From: Lama guanicoe | Taxonomy: Eukaryota | Length of the DNA: 64,000 nt | Direction of reading: 5' to 3' | Assembly: GCA_013239625.1 (NCBI GenBank) | Contig: MU054843.1 | Coordinates: 6,801,184-6,865,183 of the forward strand | Notes under the pieces: model-generated | Seen by the model: only the letters and a program-made list of their open reading frames with translations | Told to the model about the DNA's origin: nothing | The model's database searches: none | Program-made: the position numbers and the translations under genes | Part shown: positions 13,230 to 25,725 of the stretch, in pieces | Numbering within the stretch: position 1 is the stretch's first letter | How the letters are laid out: each line of letters begins with the position of its first letter

Positions 13230-13506
13230 TGCTTTCCCCATGCTTTTCTTTTAGCTTTAAAACCTCTATTCATCTTTGAAGATACAGCTCAAGCATCACC
13301 TCTTCCCTGAAGTCTTTCCTCATCTTGCTAAGAAGAAAACTGGCCATTCCTTCCTTGGGCCCCCATGGGAGCAGATGTAGATGCTCATCAGGGAGCCTGC
13401 CACACTTATTTACACTCATACAACCAGTCTCTCTGCGTGACCGTGAGCTGTGTAAGGCAATTCTGTGGCATGTGGTAGACACAGAATGAATGATCCCTGA
13501 ATGAAT
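13230..13506 (+). mobile_element. L2 3' end fragment
   Basis: cagctcaagcatcacctcttccctgaagtctttcc...gaccgtgagct...gaatgaatg tail. Confidence 0.6.
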
Positions 13507-13749
13507 GGGCAAAGCTGGGGCTCTTACCATAGACTCAGACACAGGTAGGGATTCCAGTGGTACCTGTTACTATATCCAGTCAGAGAAGAACCAGGTAAAT
13601 GAGTCTTCCTATTTTTCACCTAGGCTGAAATTTTGGACAATGTTAGTTTATCTTAGCTTTGGTACATTTTGGGGCAAGTGCAAGACACTGTAGTAAATAA
13701 CTGAATAAGTGTCCCTGAGGAGAAAATAGGAAGCAGAAAAAAAGTTAGC

Positions 13750-14345
13750 ATCTGTTAGGAGCCTTTTAGTTGCAATTAAGTGAACTGAGCTAACAGAAAT
13801 TACAGAAATTAACAGAAACTAAACTCAAATGAGATAAAGGAATAAAAGTGAATGTTCTGACCAGCATAATGGAAAGATCAGGGTTCTGGCTTCAGGCATA
13901 GCTGGATCCAGTCTATACCCTATATCATCAGGGGTTTGTCACTTTGGCCCAGTTTTCCTCTGTGGCCTATATTCTCACAGAGACTTCCCAGGTGGTAGCA
14001 AAGGTGGTCCCCACAGCTCCCAACTTATACTTTACTCAGTCAGCCACCTTAGTGAAAATGGGGAGTCTTTTTCACAATACTTCTCCCAAATCTATCTGCT
14101 CAGGATTGACTCTGATGTGGCCCAGTCTGGGTCCCAGTTACCTCCACCCAAAGCCAGGAGGATAGAAGATGAAGGCCAGGATGCTGTGTCCACCCAGAAA
14201 CCAGGGGGACTCATGGTCAAATCAATCCCATCAACACCCACAGGCTAAGTGTGGCAGGGTGTGGCACTTAAAAGAAAATTAAGGTGGTGTTATAAGAAAG
14301 AGGAGTATGGATGGTGAGTAGGAAAAACAACACTGTTTCCCACAG
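13750..14345 (-). mobile_element. Old MaLR LTR (MLT1J/K/L-like)
   Basis: tctgttaggagccttttagttgcaa...ctggcttcaggcatagctggatccag...gactctgatgtggcccagtctgggtc. Confidence 0.6.
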
Positions 14346-14719
14346 TGGGCCTCTAGTACTTCACTAGCTCCAAAGCAGCACTCTTTATTTTTGAAAGAGA
14401 CTTTGAATTACTATGAGGCTCAAAAGCAGCAGCAAAACTGGGGCCATTCTCAGGGTGCTTCTCTGATGGGCTGCCCAAGGGGACCAGCACAAGACAGAAA
14501 AATTTGACATCATTTCTACGTTTCCGTTGAGATTGGGGGTAGAAGGGAAAAAACCATCAGTGTGGGGTCTTGAGTAGTAAAATGAGAATAAAAAGGAAGA
14601 GGCAAAATGCTTGAGATGTAAATGTAATGAACAACAGAGAATAATTGACAAGGAAGTGGCTTCCTCTCATGTGTCAGTCCGGCCTTGTGAAGAACAAGAG
14701 AAGTACCTTTTCTGGAGCC

Positions 14720-14891
14720 NNNNNNNNNNNNNNNNNNNNNNNNNNNNNNNNNNNNNNNNNNNNNNNNNNNNNNNNNNNNNNNNNNNNNNNNNNNNNNNNN
14801 NNNNNNNNNNNNNNNNNNNNNNNNNNNNNNNNNNNNNNNNNNNNNNNNNNNNNNNNNNNNNNNNNNNNNNNNNNNNNNNNNNNNNNNNNNN
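14720..14891. other. Assembly gap (172 N)
   Basis: Direct observation. Confidence 0.99.
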
Positions 14892-16299
14892 TGGGATTAA
14901 CAAGGACTGGGAGCTACACTGCCCATCTCCTACAAGCCCCCAGCAGCTGCAGGATTCCTCAGGAACTCCACTGGGCCCCTGCACGTCTCTGCAAAGAGAC
15001 CAACAGGAGGGATGCTGGGTTCAGGGAGGGGTCCCTAGGAGCCTCCCGGATGAGAGAGAAAAGTACTCCTCAGTTCTCTCCCTTCCAGGCCTTTCTCCCA
15101 TCTCGTGGGATGGTGACTCTTCACTTTCCAAACATTTGGTATCCTGCTTTCTTGCAGGGAAGACACCCTCCTGTTCCACTCTCCTTGCTGGCTGGGAGAC
15201 AGAAGAGAGAGGAGGAATAAGCTGAGAGCTGATGACTGCAGCCATATTCAAATACTCTGTCCTCATCGTCCACCTTCAACGCTGAGATAAAGTGACCTAG
15301 TAAGAAGGTGGCTAAACAATCCCCATCAAACACCAAGATCACAGCTACTGTTCATACTGATCTTTTAATCCCACAGCAATACGAAAGAACAGTAGACAGA
15401 AGAGTCTGTTTCCCCTGCGCCCATTAGGTAATGATCCTGCTGTAGCCCTGGGGAAACAGGCCAGCATACTGTACAGGACAGGCAGGTGAGGATGTATCGT
15501 CCCTGGCTTCCTGCTTCCATAGGATATAGAGACATGATTATATGTTTTCATTTAAGATGTGCAAGTTGCCCAAATGTCTCCCTCTGGGAGCTCATTCTTA
15601 CACATGAAAATCTCCCATTCTTACAACATTTCCTTTGTTTGTAGATTAAAGCAAGTGTAGTTTGCATGAATAGAAACACACCTGTTTGGTGGGAACTTAC
15701 AGAAGTCTAAATTTCTCTGGGCTCCAGACCTCATGCCTTATAAGTCATTAATGTAGTGGGATGCAGGTGATCCTGTCTTTCCCAGAGTGACAGCTGGGAT
15801 AAAGGAGAAGTGCTACAGCTCCAGAGACAAACTTTGCCTACTTGGCAAGGGATAGAATCCAAAGGAAGATCTAATACAGCTTCACACTTCAATCTCCCCA
15901 CAACCTCCTTGCCGGAAGGTTGGCCTCATTTGTCAGGATCAGGGGACTCCCTCCTCCCATGCCAGTGCATTTTGCTTTTGAACGAATTTTATTTATCAGA
16001 TAATTATTCTTTATATCAAATCCTGAAGGAGTTCCCTGCAAACTCCAGACATTGATCTTGGTCTTGCCCCAGTGCTAGACACTCAAATTCCAGGAAACTC
16101 TCAATCCTTCAGATAAATATTTCCACACAGCAGTCACTCAGACCTCCTCCTGAGCTTTTCCTCTTTGAGCTGGATCATGGCTCCTGCAAATCCTGCAACA
16201 GTTTCCTATATGAGACAGTTACCTGCTTTTTGCTACCTCGTTAACTGTCTCCAAACAAACTCAGATTTGTCTTTGACACTTTTAAAGATACGGGATTCA

Positions 16300-16715
16300 G
16301 CTGAGGTTTAACAGGGTTAAAATACAGGACCATCCTTGATAGGGGGATCCTACCTCCATGAATGCATTCTAAGAGCTGATGCTTGTCATATGACACTGGA
16401 CTCCCACTGAACTTCCTGGTGATAAAACTCATGACACTTTTCACATGAGCTTCTGTTAAGCCAGTCATCTCCAGTCAACTGATCTTTTTTAATCCAGGAT
16501 CTAATATTCATTTCTTGTTAAACTTTATCCCCTTGGTTTCAGTCCAGCAATCTAACATGTGGAGGTCTTTTAGGAATATTGATTCAGTTAGTAGATTCTC
16601 CCAAATTTATGTGATCTTCAACTATCCAAATATGTGTTCTATATTTGCATTCAAATTATTAGGAAAAGTGATAAGCTCAGATAAAGAGCCCTGACGCCAA
16701 TGTTAGAAATCTTAC
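16300..16715 (-). mobile_element. L3/CR1 LINE remnant
   Basis: ttttcacatgagcttctgttaagccag...tgttaaactttatcc...tttatgtgatcttcaa...aagagccctg. Confidence 0.55.
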
Positions 16716-16924
16716 AATGCCATGTTCAAAACCATGTCAGTACAAGAAAAACAGATGCCAGAGCACTGAGTTCAGTCCTACTTTCCAGCCCAGAGACACC
16801 TCACATAAAAGAATGCCATATTGCTGGACAGAAGGAAGTATTTTTATGTTTTTATGGGTATTTATTTATTTATTTATTTATGCTTTCCAGAGGTTGGCTG
16901 TAATTTTCAGTATAGAAATAATAT

Positions 16925-17175
16925 AAAACAGAAACAGACTCACAGATATACAGAACAAACTTATGGTTACCAGGGGGTAAAGAAGGTGGGAAGGGATAAA
17001 TTGGGAATTTGAAAGTTGCACCTCTTGGGGAGTGATGGAAATGTTAGCTAGCTTGATTGTGGTAGTGGTTCCATTGGTGTATACATCTATCAAAATTCAT
17101 CAAATTGTACACTCTGAAATATGTGCAGTTTACTGCACAGGAACCATACCACAATAAATGTGTTTTTTAAAAAAA
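16925..17175 (+). mobile_element. Chimeric L1 3' end (young L1 segment joined to an older L1MA10/L1MB-type tail)
   Basis: 16925-17020 closely matches the young L1 copy at about 22900-22996. 17021-17175 is an L1M-type tail (gtgatggaaatgtt...cttgattgtggtagtgg...caaaattcatcaaattgtacac...aataaa). Confidence 0.75.
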
Positions 17176-19422
17176 GAAATTATGTGGAGCCATTTTAATT
17201 GACTTTGGATAGGGGTGGTCAGTACTGTTTTTCATACTCCATAAACATAAGATTATATGTATGCAGCAGAAGTAACGGCCATTTAACCTGTCTTATGTAT
17301 AAGTAATGGGTCTCTGATCTTCAAAGATTATTTTTATTAAAACAGCCTTCTTGCCCAAATCCTGCTTTCTCCTTTCTAAGACAGATTCCCAAACTAAAGT
17401 CTATCCAATCAGTATGACAACAAAAGCCACATCAAAACTTTATTCCTCCTGTATTTTCTGGAATTCTCCAAACCCTGCCCAAAGAGATGCTATGTTTTCA
17501 TTTCCCAGGGAAAAATAGAACCACTCTATAAGTTATTTGCAGAAACTAGAATGAATTCTATATCCAAGTTCTTGCAAAGCTGATTTGAATGTTCGGTTAA
17601 GGCAGTTCTCAGGGTGGAAGACTCTCAGTCTGAATGCAGAAATCCCTTTTGGCAAAGTCATATGAAAACCATCTCAATCAGATGTTTTTTCTAAGCCATT
17701 CCCCAGCTCTATGTCTACAGAGGTTGAGTGTGAGCTGAAAAATGGATTGGATAATAACATGAGAATAAATAAGTCACTTATTTCAGATTTCTAATGGAAA
17801 AATAGATAACTGAAAAAGAAACTCACAGCTAATTTCAAATTTTGAACTAGCCTCGTCGTGGGATGAACAACGAGACAGGAAACCCCAAGTACTTCTGGGG
17901 TCAAGTCCACTGGAATACTAATCCCTTTCCTATAAGATCCCATTACAAATAATAAGTTGGATCATAGCTTACCTTCCCACATTTCAGCCTTATAAAAGCA
18001 AGTTTACTTCTCTCCAGGTGGAGTTTACCTTTTTCCCCTTTCCAAATCCTGTTCAAAACATGTACTCTTTTCCCAATCATTTTGCAGGAACTGTTCTGAT
18101 ATGATAAAATGTTACTTCCTTCATTCTGTTCTAAAGTCCAGCACCTTCTCACACAGTCACCAAATCCGTCCTTCATAGTATCTTCTCATCCATCCCCGCC
18201 TTTGTTTCCCTTATTACTTTCTATAGGCATGACATCTAACCTGTCTTTCAGGCTTGGGGATTGCCCTTTCCTTTAATACCCAGATATAATTCTTGGAACT
18301 ACAGAAGGGCCCGTCTCATACTTCAGAAGATTAGCCCCAAGATGCTTCCCTTGGGAGATTGCCAGTCACCTCTCTCCCCAAACCCCTGGTCCAGGCTCCT
18401 CCTAGTCAGATCTGCCCCTCTTGTCCACTCTTCACAGCCCTTTGTCCTTCACACATACGCTGTTCTTGCCTGTTCCCTCCACAAGTCACCGTGAACATAA
18501 AGTCCATGTTGTGTAAGACTAACACTGAACTTTTGGAAAATTTGGGAAGGAATTATATAGCACAACATAAAATTTAACTCAGGCATCACTGCTGCTAATG
18601 TCTATCCGTAAAGAGTCCCTTCCTGGCCAAGTTGCTGCGCCTGCCCTCAGAATGGAGTCCCATGTACCACTTCCTCTCTTCCTCACCTACCAAGGGAAAA
18701 CTCAGTCTTCCTTAGTATTAAAAAAACAACCAACCAAAAAGCTACACAAATTCAGCCATCTCGAAGTACAGATATGTCTGTGGTCAGGTTTTTTTTTTTT
18801 GTAGCAATTTTCTTAATTCAACAAGCAAAAAAAATATTTTTGATGTCATAAAAATGCAAAATTGCTTGAGCATTATTTTTTTAAAAATCACAGTACACCT
18901 ATATGACGTAATAGCAGTCAGTTCTTTAAGATTATTCTGCTACCTCTAAAAGGAGCAGCCTCTGAACAAATATTTGCAGCAGCTTCTTTCAGTTTGTGGG
19001 GAAATTACTTTTTATGTAATGTTAAAGAAAACCAGGATCCAAAATCTTACAAGGAGTATAATTTCAACTCTGTAAAAAGTCTGGAAGAAAGCATGACAGA
19101 TTATCAGCAGGGATTATAAGTGTATGGGTGGTTGCTATTTTATTGCTTAAGCATTCCTGTGCTTTTAAAGCCCACTGGAATCACTGTCTTTTAAGATCTT
19201 GTAGACCATTGAGATTCACGTACACCAATACCTGCCTGGAAGATGCAAGATTGTTTTCAGGCTAGGGTTTTTCCTAATCCCATGGAAACATCTCGTTCCA
19301 CAAGATTCAGTGCAAACATCACCAAATATGCCTACCTATCCCCCTTCTCACTGGGCAGTTGGTTGCTTCCTCCACCTCTAACCTATAACACTCTGTACAA
19401 CTTGTGAAATATTTCTCACATC

Positions 19423-19850
19423 TGTATCAGTCAGGGTCTCAGCAAGAGACAACTGGCACCCTTACACTGAAAAGAGACAGACTCTTTACTAAGAAGCAGG
19501 GTGTAAGAAACCACAAAAGACAGTGCATCCCCAGGGAAAATAAGAGGAGGCTCTGTTACCACCCATAGCCTTAAAAGGTAACAGGAGGGAGTGGTTCCCA
19601 GAGCCTGAGAAGGAATGGGAAGGATCCTTGACAGAAACTGCAACCATAAGTAGCAAACCCTTAGGAAAGGGACCAATTCATTCTCCTCCCTCCTTCCAAA
19701 TATCTACTGGTGCTCATCATTGGCCAAATCCAGCTGGAAGCCAAGGGGCAAGAGAGCTTTTTATGTGGTCCATATTGGGTAGCCACCCAGGAAGAAAGCA
19801 AGGAGAAGGATGGCGAGTGGACCTGGAGGGGTAAATCAAAGATTCAGACA
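19423..19850 (-). mobile_element. ERVL solo LTR (LTR33-like)
   Basis: tgtatcagtcagggtctcagcaagagacaactggcac...cattggccaaatccagctggaagccaagggg...gagtggacctggagggg. Confidence 0.6.
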
Positions 19851-20466
19851 GTAACGTAATTATTAATTTCCAAGTGTAGCCCCAGTGTCTGTTACCTGAG
19901 GTTCTCTCTTTCCTTTAATATTGCAAAGCCCATAGAGCTCAAGGCTGCATCCCATGCACTGCAAAGTCCCAACCTCTTACATTTTCTCTCCACAGGATTT
20001 CAGGGGATGAGTCTTCTCCTAAGCTGGGCCTTGCTTCATCCTCCCTGCTTCCTCCATCTGCCCTCCTCTCACTAGACCACTTCCTCCCGTGCTGGACACC
20101 ACCCTTCTTCCTTCCTTTTTCTCAAATCAGCATGAATTCATGGGTTATTGTATGTGTCAGACTTTTAACTGAGTGCTGGGGGATAGAGTATGTAGTAGCA
20201 GCACAGTATAAGGAACAACATCAAACCCTTTGTTAGGCATCTCTTTCATAAATATTCATCAACCATTCTCTACCGTGAAGAATTTCTCAGCTGTGCTCAT
20301 CACCATCTCCCAGGGACCCCATTCCCTGAAAGGGTCTTCTGTTTCTAATGACAAAATTCCAAAACTCTTAACTATGTTACATTCTTGTCTAAATCTTAAG
20401 ATATTTTAATGCAGTCATTTTAAAAAATCAAATTGGAAAATTTTATAAATAAAGTTTTATTGGAAC

Positions 20467-20690
20467 CAGGGCCAGAATTAGGGTGAGGAAAGTGAGGCAA
20501 GATTATATGTGCAGAATCAGATCCTCTCTTTATTTAAAATTTGCATATTTTGTTCTTCATGGATTTTTTTTAAATTTTGATGTTTAAGTATAGCATTGTA
20601 GTAGTATTTATCTTGATCACTAAGTTGTTTGGCATCTCTTTACTTCTGCACCCAAGGCAAGTGCCTCCCATCACCTTAGTGCTGGCCCTG
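20467..20690. mobile_element. MER96B-type hAT non-autonomous DNA transposon
   Basis: Terminal inverted repeats cagggccagaattagggtga / tcaccttagtgctggccctg around an AT-rich core. Confidence 0.8.
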
Positions 20691-22867
20691 CCAGTGCAGG
20701 AAGTGGGGTGCGAGGCCAGGAGCTCATTTTGCTGCATTAAATATACCCATTAAGCTGCTTTTCCAAATCAAAAGATAACTTCTTTTCCCAAGCAGAATTT
20801 TGCTTTCAAACCCCTGACAATTTTGAGACTAACTTCTTGCTACCCCTCCATTGGACCATGAGATCCCTCAAGATAGAAAATGATGCTTCATTTGCTTCTA
20901 TATTCTGAGTGCCTAGACTTAGTAGGTGACTTATAAATACTTAACTGAATACAAGGATCTAGTGAAGAGATTTGTTAGTAAGGGCAGTTTGTTAGTTGTT
21001 GAATTTATTTAGAGCTTTTCTTTTTTATGTTGAAATGCAAAAATCTTAGGAAACTAGCTGGCAAAGTCCTGAAGAGATCATTCAATCTAATCTTTTCATT
21101 TTACACATTAGGAGACTGAGTCTTCCATCTATGGTTATATTTGCAAGCAATTTGCTCAGGGTTTACCAAGATTCATTAATAGTTCCCACTGTCAGGGTGC
21201 ATCTCATCTGAATAATTTTGATAGCATCCCAGTGGGCAGAAAGGAGCAAAATTTTCCAGGGGGTTCAGGAAGCACCCCTGTTATTACAGTGCTGTCATTT
21301 CTCACAACAGAAATCTAAGGGCATGGAAAATGGAGTTCATCACATGAACACACCCAGGAGATAGGAAATGGGAAAATTCCTGACGCCTAACCCAATAACC
21401 TGAGTCGGAATCAATTTTTATCAGAATGAGATGCAGAAATACTAATATCAAGGAGAATCTCAACTTTTATATCAGAGCCAGAAAAACGTATTTGCCCAAG
21501 ATAAAGGCATAAGTGAGAGAGTTACAGAGAGAAGGACAGCGGTGACAAGAAAAGCTTGCTTCTTTACAATGAACTCATTGTGTCAAACTGGTGAGGCACC
21601 CAGTAAGCTGACAAGGGTCCCTTCACCCCTGCGCCCAGGACAGTTTGGCTAAAGGACATCTAGGGTGACAAGCCGCAAACAGTCACCACTAATCTCTTAT
21701 CCCGGAATAGCCCAAAGAACCCGTCGAACCTGACTGGCTGCCCTTCAGAAACACCTTTGGAATTCTTTGTTCAGTCCTGCTTGGTTTACACTGGACTGTC
21801 TCTCCTGGGACTTCTCTGACGGCCTGATCTTCAGCCACGACAACATCCCCCAAGAGACCCACCAACCCCCAGATTTGCTCAGCAGGTGACACTAATAAGA
21901 TCCAATTAGAAGTAATACATTCAAAACAGACAAGGCACGCATTCACACACAAGTCAGAGTTGCCACAAAGTCCCTTCTTCCTCACAACATTCCCGAGGCA
22001 GAAAAGAGGTCAAACTGACGTTGAAGAAGAAACGTCCTTTTCTGATCAGTTACCATGGCAATACCAGCCCTCTCTCCCCAGGGCACCTGCCCACAGGGTT
22101 TGCACCTGCCAGCTGGTAGCAAGAGTAGCCCAGCAGCCTTAGTTCCCTGACATTGGGCTCATTTCACCAACAAAGGTGCCGGCAGTGCCAGTTGGCTTCA
22201 TGATATGGATACCTGCCCACTAAGCATTGGCGCAGAGATCAGGGACTTTCACAAAGGCCAGCCAACAGCTGGCAGGCAGGCACCGCCAGGTCATTGTCAT
22301 CCTGGGCTGAATTGGAGACAAAGGCTCTGTCTGTAACACAGCATCCCTCCCTCCCTCAGTGTTTTATTTTCAGCTCCAGGTCCCTTTCTATGGGAGGGCC
22401 CTGTGGCCGAAGGTGCCTTTCTTGGCTTTTGTTTTGTTCCTTTAGTATTAACCTGCCTGTGCACACTGGTGTATAAAAGCTTGCCCTGTCCCATGTCTCA
22501 TTTTATTGCAGATCAGAAAACTTGCCATAAGTCATCCCGGGCCAGTGGGTTCAGATTAGGAGCTGGTAACCAGAAGCCACGTCAGACTTCCCCCGCTGGC
22601 TCCACACCAAGGCCTCCAAGGATTTCTTGTCACATGAGGTTAGTGGAGTTTCACATCCTCTAAAGCAAATCTCTGTCGAAACTCTCAAGTCTCACACGGC
22701 TTCAGCTCAAAACAACAGCCCCACTCAGCTGCCTTCCTAACCATTTCGAGCATTGAGTCAGGAGACCTGGGTTCTAGTTTCAGCTTAGAGCAATCACTGG
22801 TCCTTAATCGCTTCATATAGAAAATCAAGGGCCAATATAGCTATCACTAGGGTCCCTTTCAACTCTT

Positions 22868-23210
22868 AAAAAAAAAAAGACACAAATGAACTTATTTACA
22901 AAACAGAAACAGACTCACAGACATAGAGAACAAACTTATGGTTCTCAGGGGGAAAAAGGGGTGGGAAGGGATAAATTGGGAGTTTGAGACTTGCAGATAC
23001 TAACTACTATATATAAAATAAATAAACAACAAGTTTATACTGTATAGCACAGGGAACTATATTCAATATCTTACAGTAACCTATAATGAAAAAGAATATG
23101 AAAACGAATATATGTATGGATATGTATGACTGAAACATTATGCTGTACACTAGAAATTGACACAATGTTGTAAACTGACTACAATTCAATAAAAAAAGAT
23201 ACCAAAAAAT
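22868..23210 (+). mobile_element. Young L1 3' UTR fragment
   Basis: acacaaatgaacttatttacaaaacagaaacagactcacagac...cacagggaactatattc...ttcaataaaaaaa. Confidence 0.92.
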
Positions 23211-23299
23211 ACCCTTTACTCCCCCCTTTCCCTACTGCTTTCTAAAGATGTTGCTAACCTGAGAATCTCTGAAGATGAATAGAGATGAGTTAACAAAAA

Positions 23300-23715
23300 A
23301 AAAATGGACATACACAACAACATGGATGAATTTCAAAAATACTATTAGAGTGAAAGAAGCCTCATACAAAGTTCTAGAATAGGCAAAACTTCTCTGCTGT
23401 AAGAGAAATAGGAAAGTGTTTGCCTCTGGGAGTGAGGTAGGAGCAGGGATTACTTAGGAAGGGGCAGGAAGGAACTTTCTGAGATGAAGATTATATTTAA
23501 TATCTGGATAAGGGCTTGGGTTACACAGATAAAAGCCTTTGACAAAACTCATAGAATGCTGCTTTTAGGACAAATTGATAGAGGGATGGAGAGATAGGTA
23601 ATAAAATAATTCTAACAAAATGTTCATTGTAGACTATAAGTGAGTATATGGTTGTTCACTGTGTAACTCCATTTTTTTCTGTATGTTTGAAAATATTCAT
23701 TATAAAATATTGGGG
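23300..23715 (+). mobile_element. Old L1M (L1MC/ME-type) 3' end
   Basis: caacaacatggatgaatttcaaaaat...gttctagaataggcaaaact...gaaggaactttctgagatga...tttttctgtatgtttgaaaat. Confidence 0.7.
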
Positions 23716-24863
23716 GAGAGAGGAGAATACACTGTGATAAATTACAAACTTCCTGTCCTGCCCCCTCCCTCCCTCTTTCTTGACTGTCATCTTTTTTCCC
23801 ACTAAATGAGTCAGTGGAAATGAGAATGTTTATTGATTTGAGCAGACAAGTCAACAGAGCTCTGTGATGACTAATTACTTTATCATTGCCCACGGCCTTC
23901 AGGGGAAGAGGACACGAGTCCTGTACACCCAGGGCCCATCCTTTGGTCTCCCCTTCCTCAGCACAGTGATCAGAAACAGGGTTCCTGTGAGGCTAGCTAC
24001 CCATCCACATCAGGGGTTGTCCTCTCTTCAAACCATGAGCATCTCTGCTCTTTGATTACCAACATCCCTAACAGCCTTACAATGAACACATTCCAATCAA
24101 GGCACTTAATCCCAAATGAAATGGGAACATGCTTTTTTAGAGCCACTCTGGGGATAAGTCAATCACCAAGGGACAGATTGTTTTTTAAGTGCATCTTTTG
24201 CTGGATTCATTATCCTGTCACACCATCATAAATACAAATATTGTAAATATGTCCCAGGAATACTGACTTTCTTGACCAACTGCTGTTAAGACTCCCAAAA
24301 CACATTCTTCTTTGTTCCTTCCCAACTTTATTTCTTCTCCCTGAAAATCTTCAAGCCAGACACACACACAAAAGAGCTTATGTTACCATGGTCTTTGCTG
24401 GCACCAGCAGAGACTTAATTCACAGCTAACCACTTTGGCGGGGTGGGGGTGGGAATTAAAGGAAACAAACAATTACTAAGATGGCAGAGTAAGTCTATTT
24501 CCTTAGGGGTAGAATTCATGACTCTTGTCTATTTTTCTCATTGGCAAGCTAATCAAATCTAACAGAAATACACATTTACTGGGCACCAGATATGTTCAAG
24601 GCCTTGAGTCATCCAAGGAATTAGATTTGATTCCTCACTCCAAACCAGTGTATAAGGCAATCCAGTGAAGAAGATCAAATATAAGCTTATGCAAAGTTGA
24701 ACAGTGAAATATCTAGATACTTGGTCCACATACCAGTGGAAGAGATATACAATCTCCATGAACAATGAACTGAGGACTGGAAGGTGGGAACTCTGGGAAT
24801 TTAAGAAAGGACATAACTCTCATGAGAATCAGGGACAGAGGCCTCACAAGAGTAGGATTTCAT

Positions 24864-24983
24864 GGGGAAGGGTGTAGCTCAGCAGTAGAGTGTGTGCTTA
24901 GCACGCACTACGTCCTGGTTTCAATCCTTAGTACCTCCATTAAAAATAAAATTTAAAAAATTTAAAAGCTAAAAAAAAAAAAA
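24864..24983 (+). mobile_element. vic-1-type camelid tRNA-derived SINE
   Basis: ggggaagggtgtagctcagcagtagagtgtgtgcttagcacgcac...gtcctggtttcaatccttagtacctccattaaaa with an A-tail. TSD-like gtaggatttcat / gtgggatttcat. Confidence 0.9.
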
Positions 24984-25549
24984 GAAGGTGGGATTTCATC
25001 CACACCTGGAAGAATAGGTAGAATTTGGGGAATGGGGGATGTTCGTTCTCCAAGTGAGCCCTCATCCAGCATTAGAAAGAGGCTTGGAGACATTGCTCAT
25101 CGATCCAGGTCATAGAAGGGGAGGGTGAAGCTTAGTACTCTTCCTGGTCATGGTCAATGCTTTTATGTTAATGCTTATTTCCTGATTAATCCTAGATTTC
25201 CATGAACCACTCAACAAAAAGGAAAAATAAAAAATCATTCTAAGCTATCGGAAAGTTGGCACTACTTCGACTTCTCACAGGTTTAGTTGTGGCGGCAGAA
25301 GATTTACTCTGGATAAATAGCCAAATTGGATCTACACATGTAAAGTCAATGTATATTCAAACAAGTACAGTAATTTTTGTCTAGTTTTATTGGGATGTAA
25401 TTAACATATAATATTGCATAAGTTTAAGTTGTACAATGTGATGATTTTAAAAAATGGTTATTGGGTTTTTAAATTTACATCTGTTCCCTTGTATTACCAC
25501 TGTACCATACAACTATCATATTGGGGAGTAAGCAAAAGAGTGGAAGGCA

Positions 25550-25725
25550 GAATTATTGGAGTTTAAGTCCCCAACTTAGCTCTATGTGAGCTTGGGCCAG
25601 TCTTACAGCGTTTCTGAGCCTCCACTTCTTCAGGCATAGTGGATATCAATTGCTATTTCAGAAAGTTGCTATGAGAATGAAGCAGAACAGTGGGTTTGAA
25701 AGGCCTGTGGAAAGGATGTTGGTTT
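25550..25725 (+). mobile_element. MIR SINE
   Basis: agctctatgtgagcttgggccagtc...tctgagcctc...gttgctatgagaatgaa. Confidence 0.55.

Noticed and set aside
14611-15225. Longest ORFs (204 and 191 aa) and other X-containing ORFs
   Set aside because: Their length is an artefact of reading through N-gaps.
20195-20216. TAGCAGCACAG resembling the 5' end of the miR-15/16/195 family
   Set aside because: The remainder does not match the mature miRNAs and I see no complementary hairpin arm.
24864-24940. tRNA-like sequences (also 32971, 57220, 63900-63969) as tRNA genes
   Set aside because: They have degenerate stems, A-rich tails and TSDs, so they are SINEs rather than functional tRNAs.
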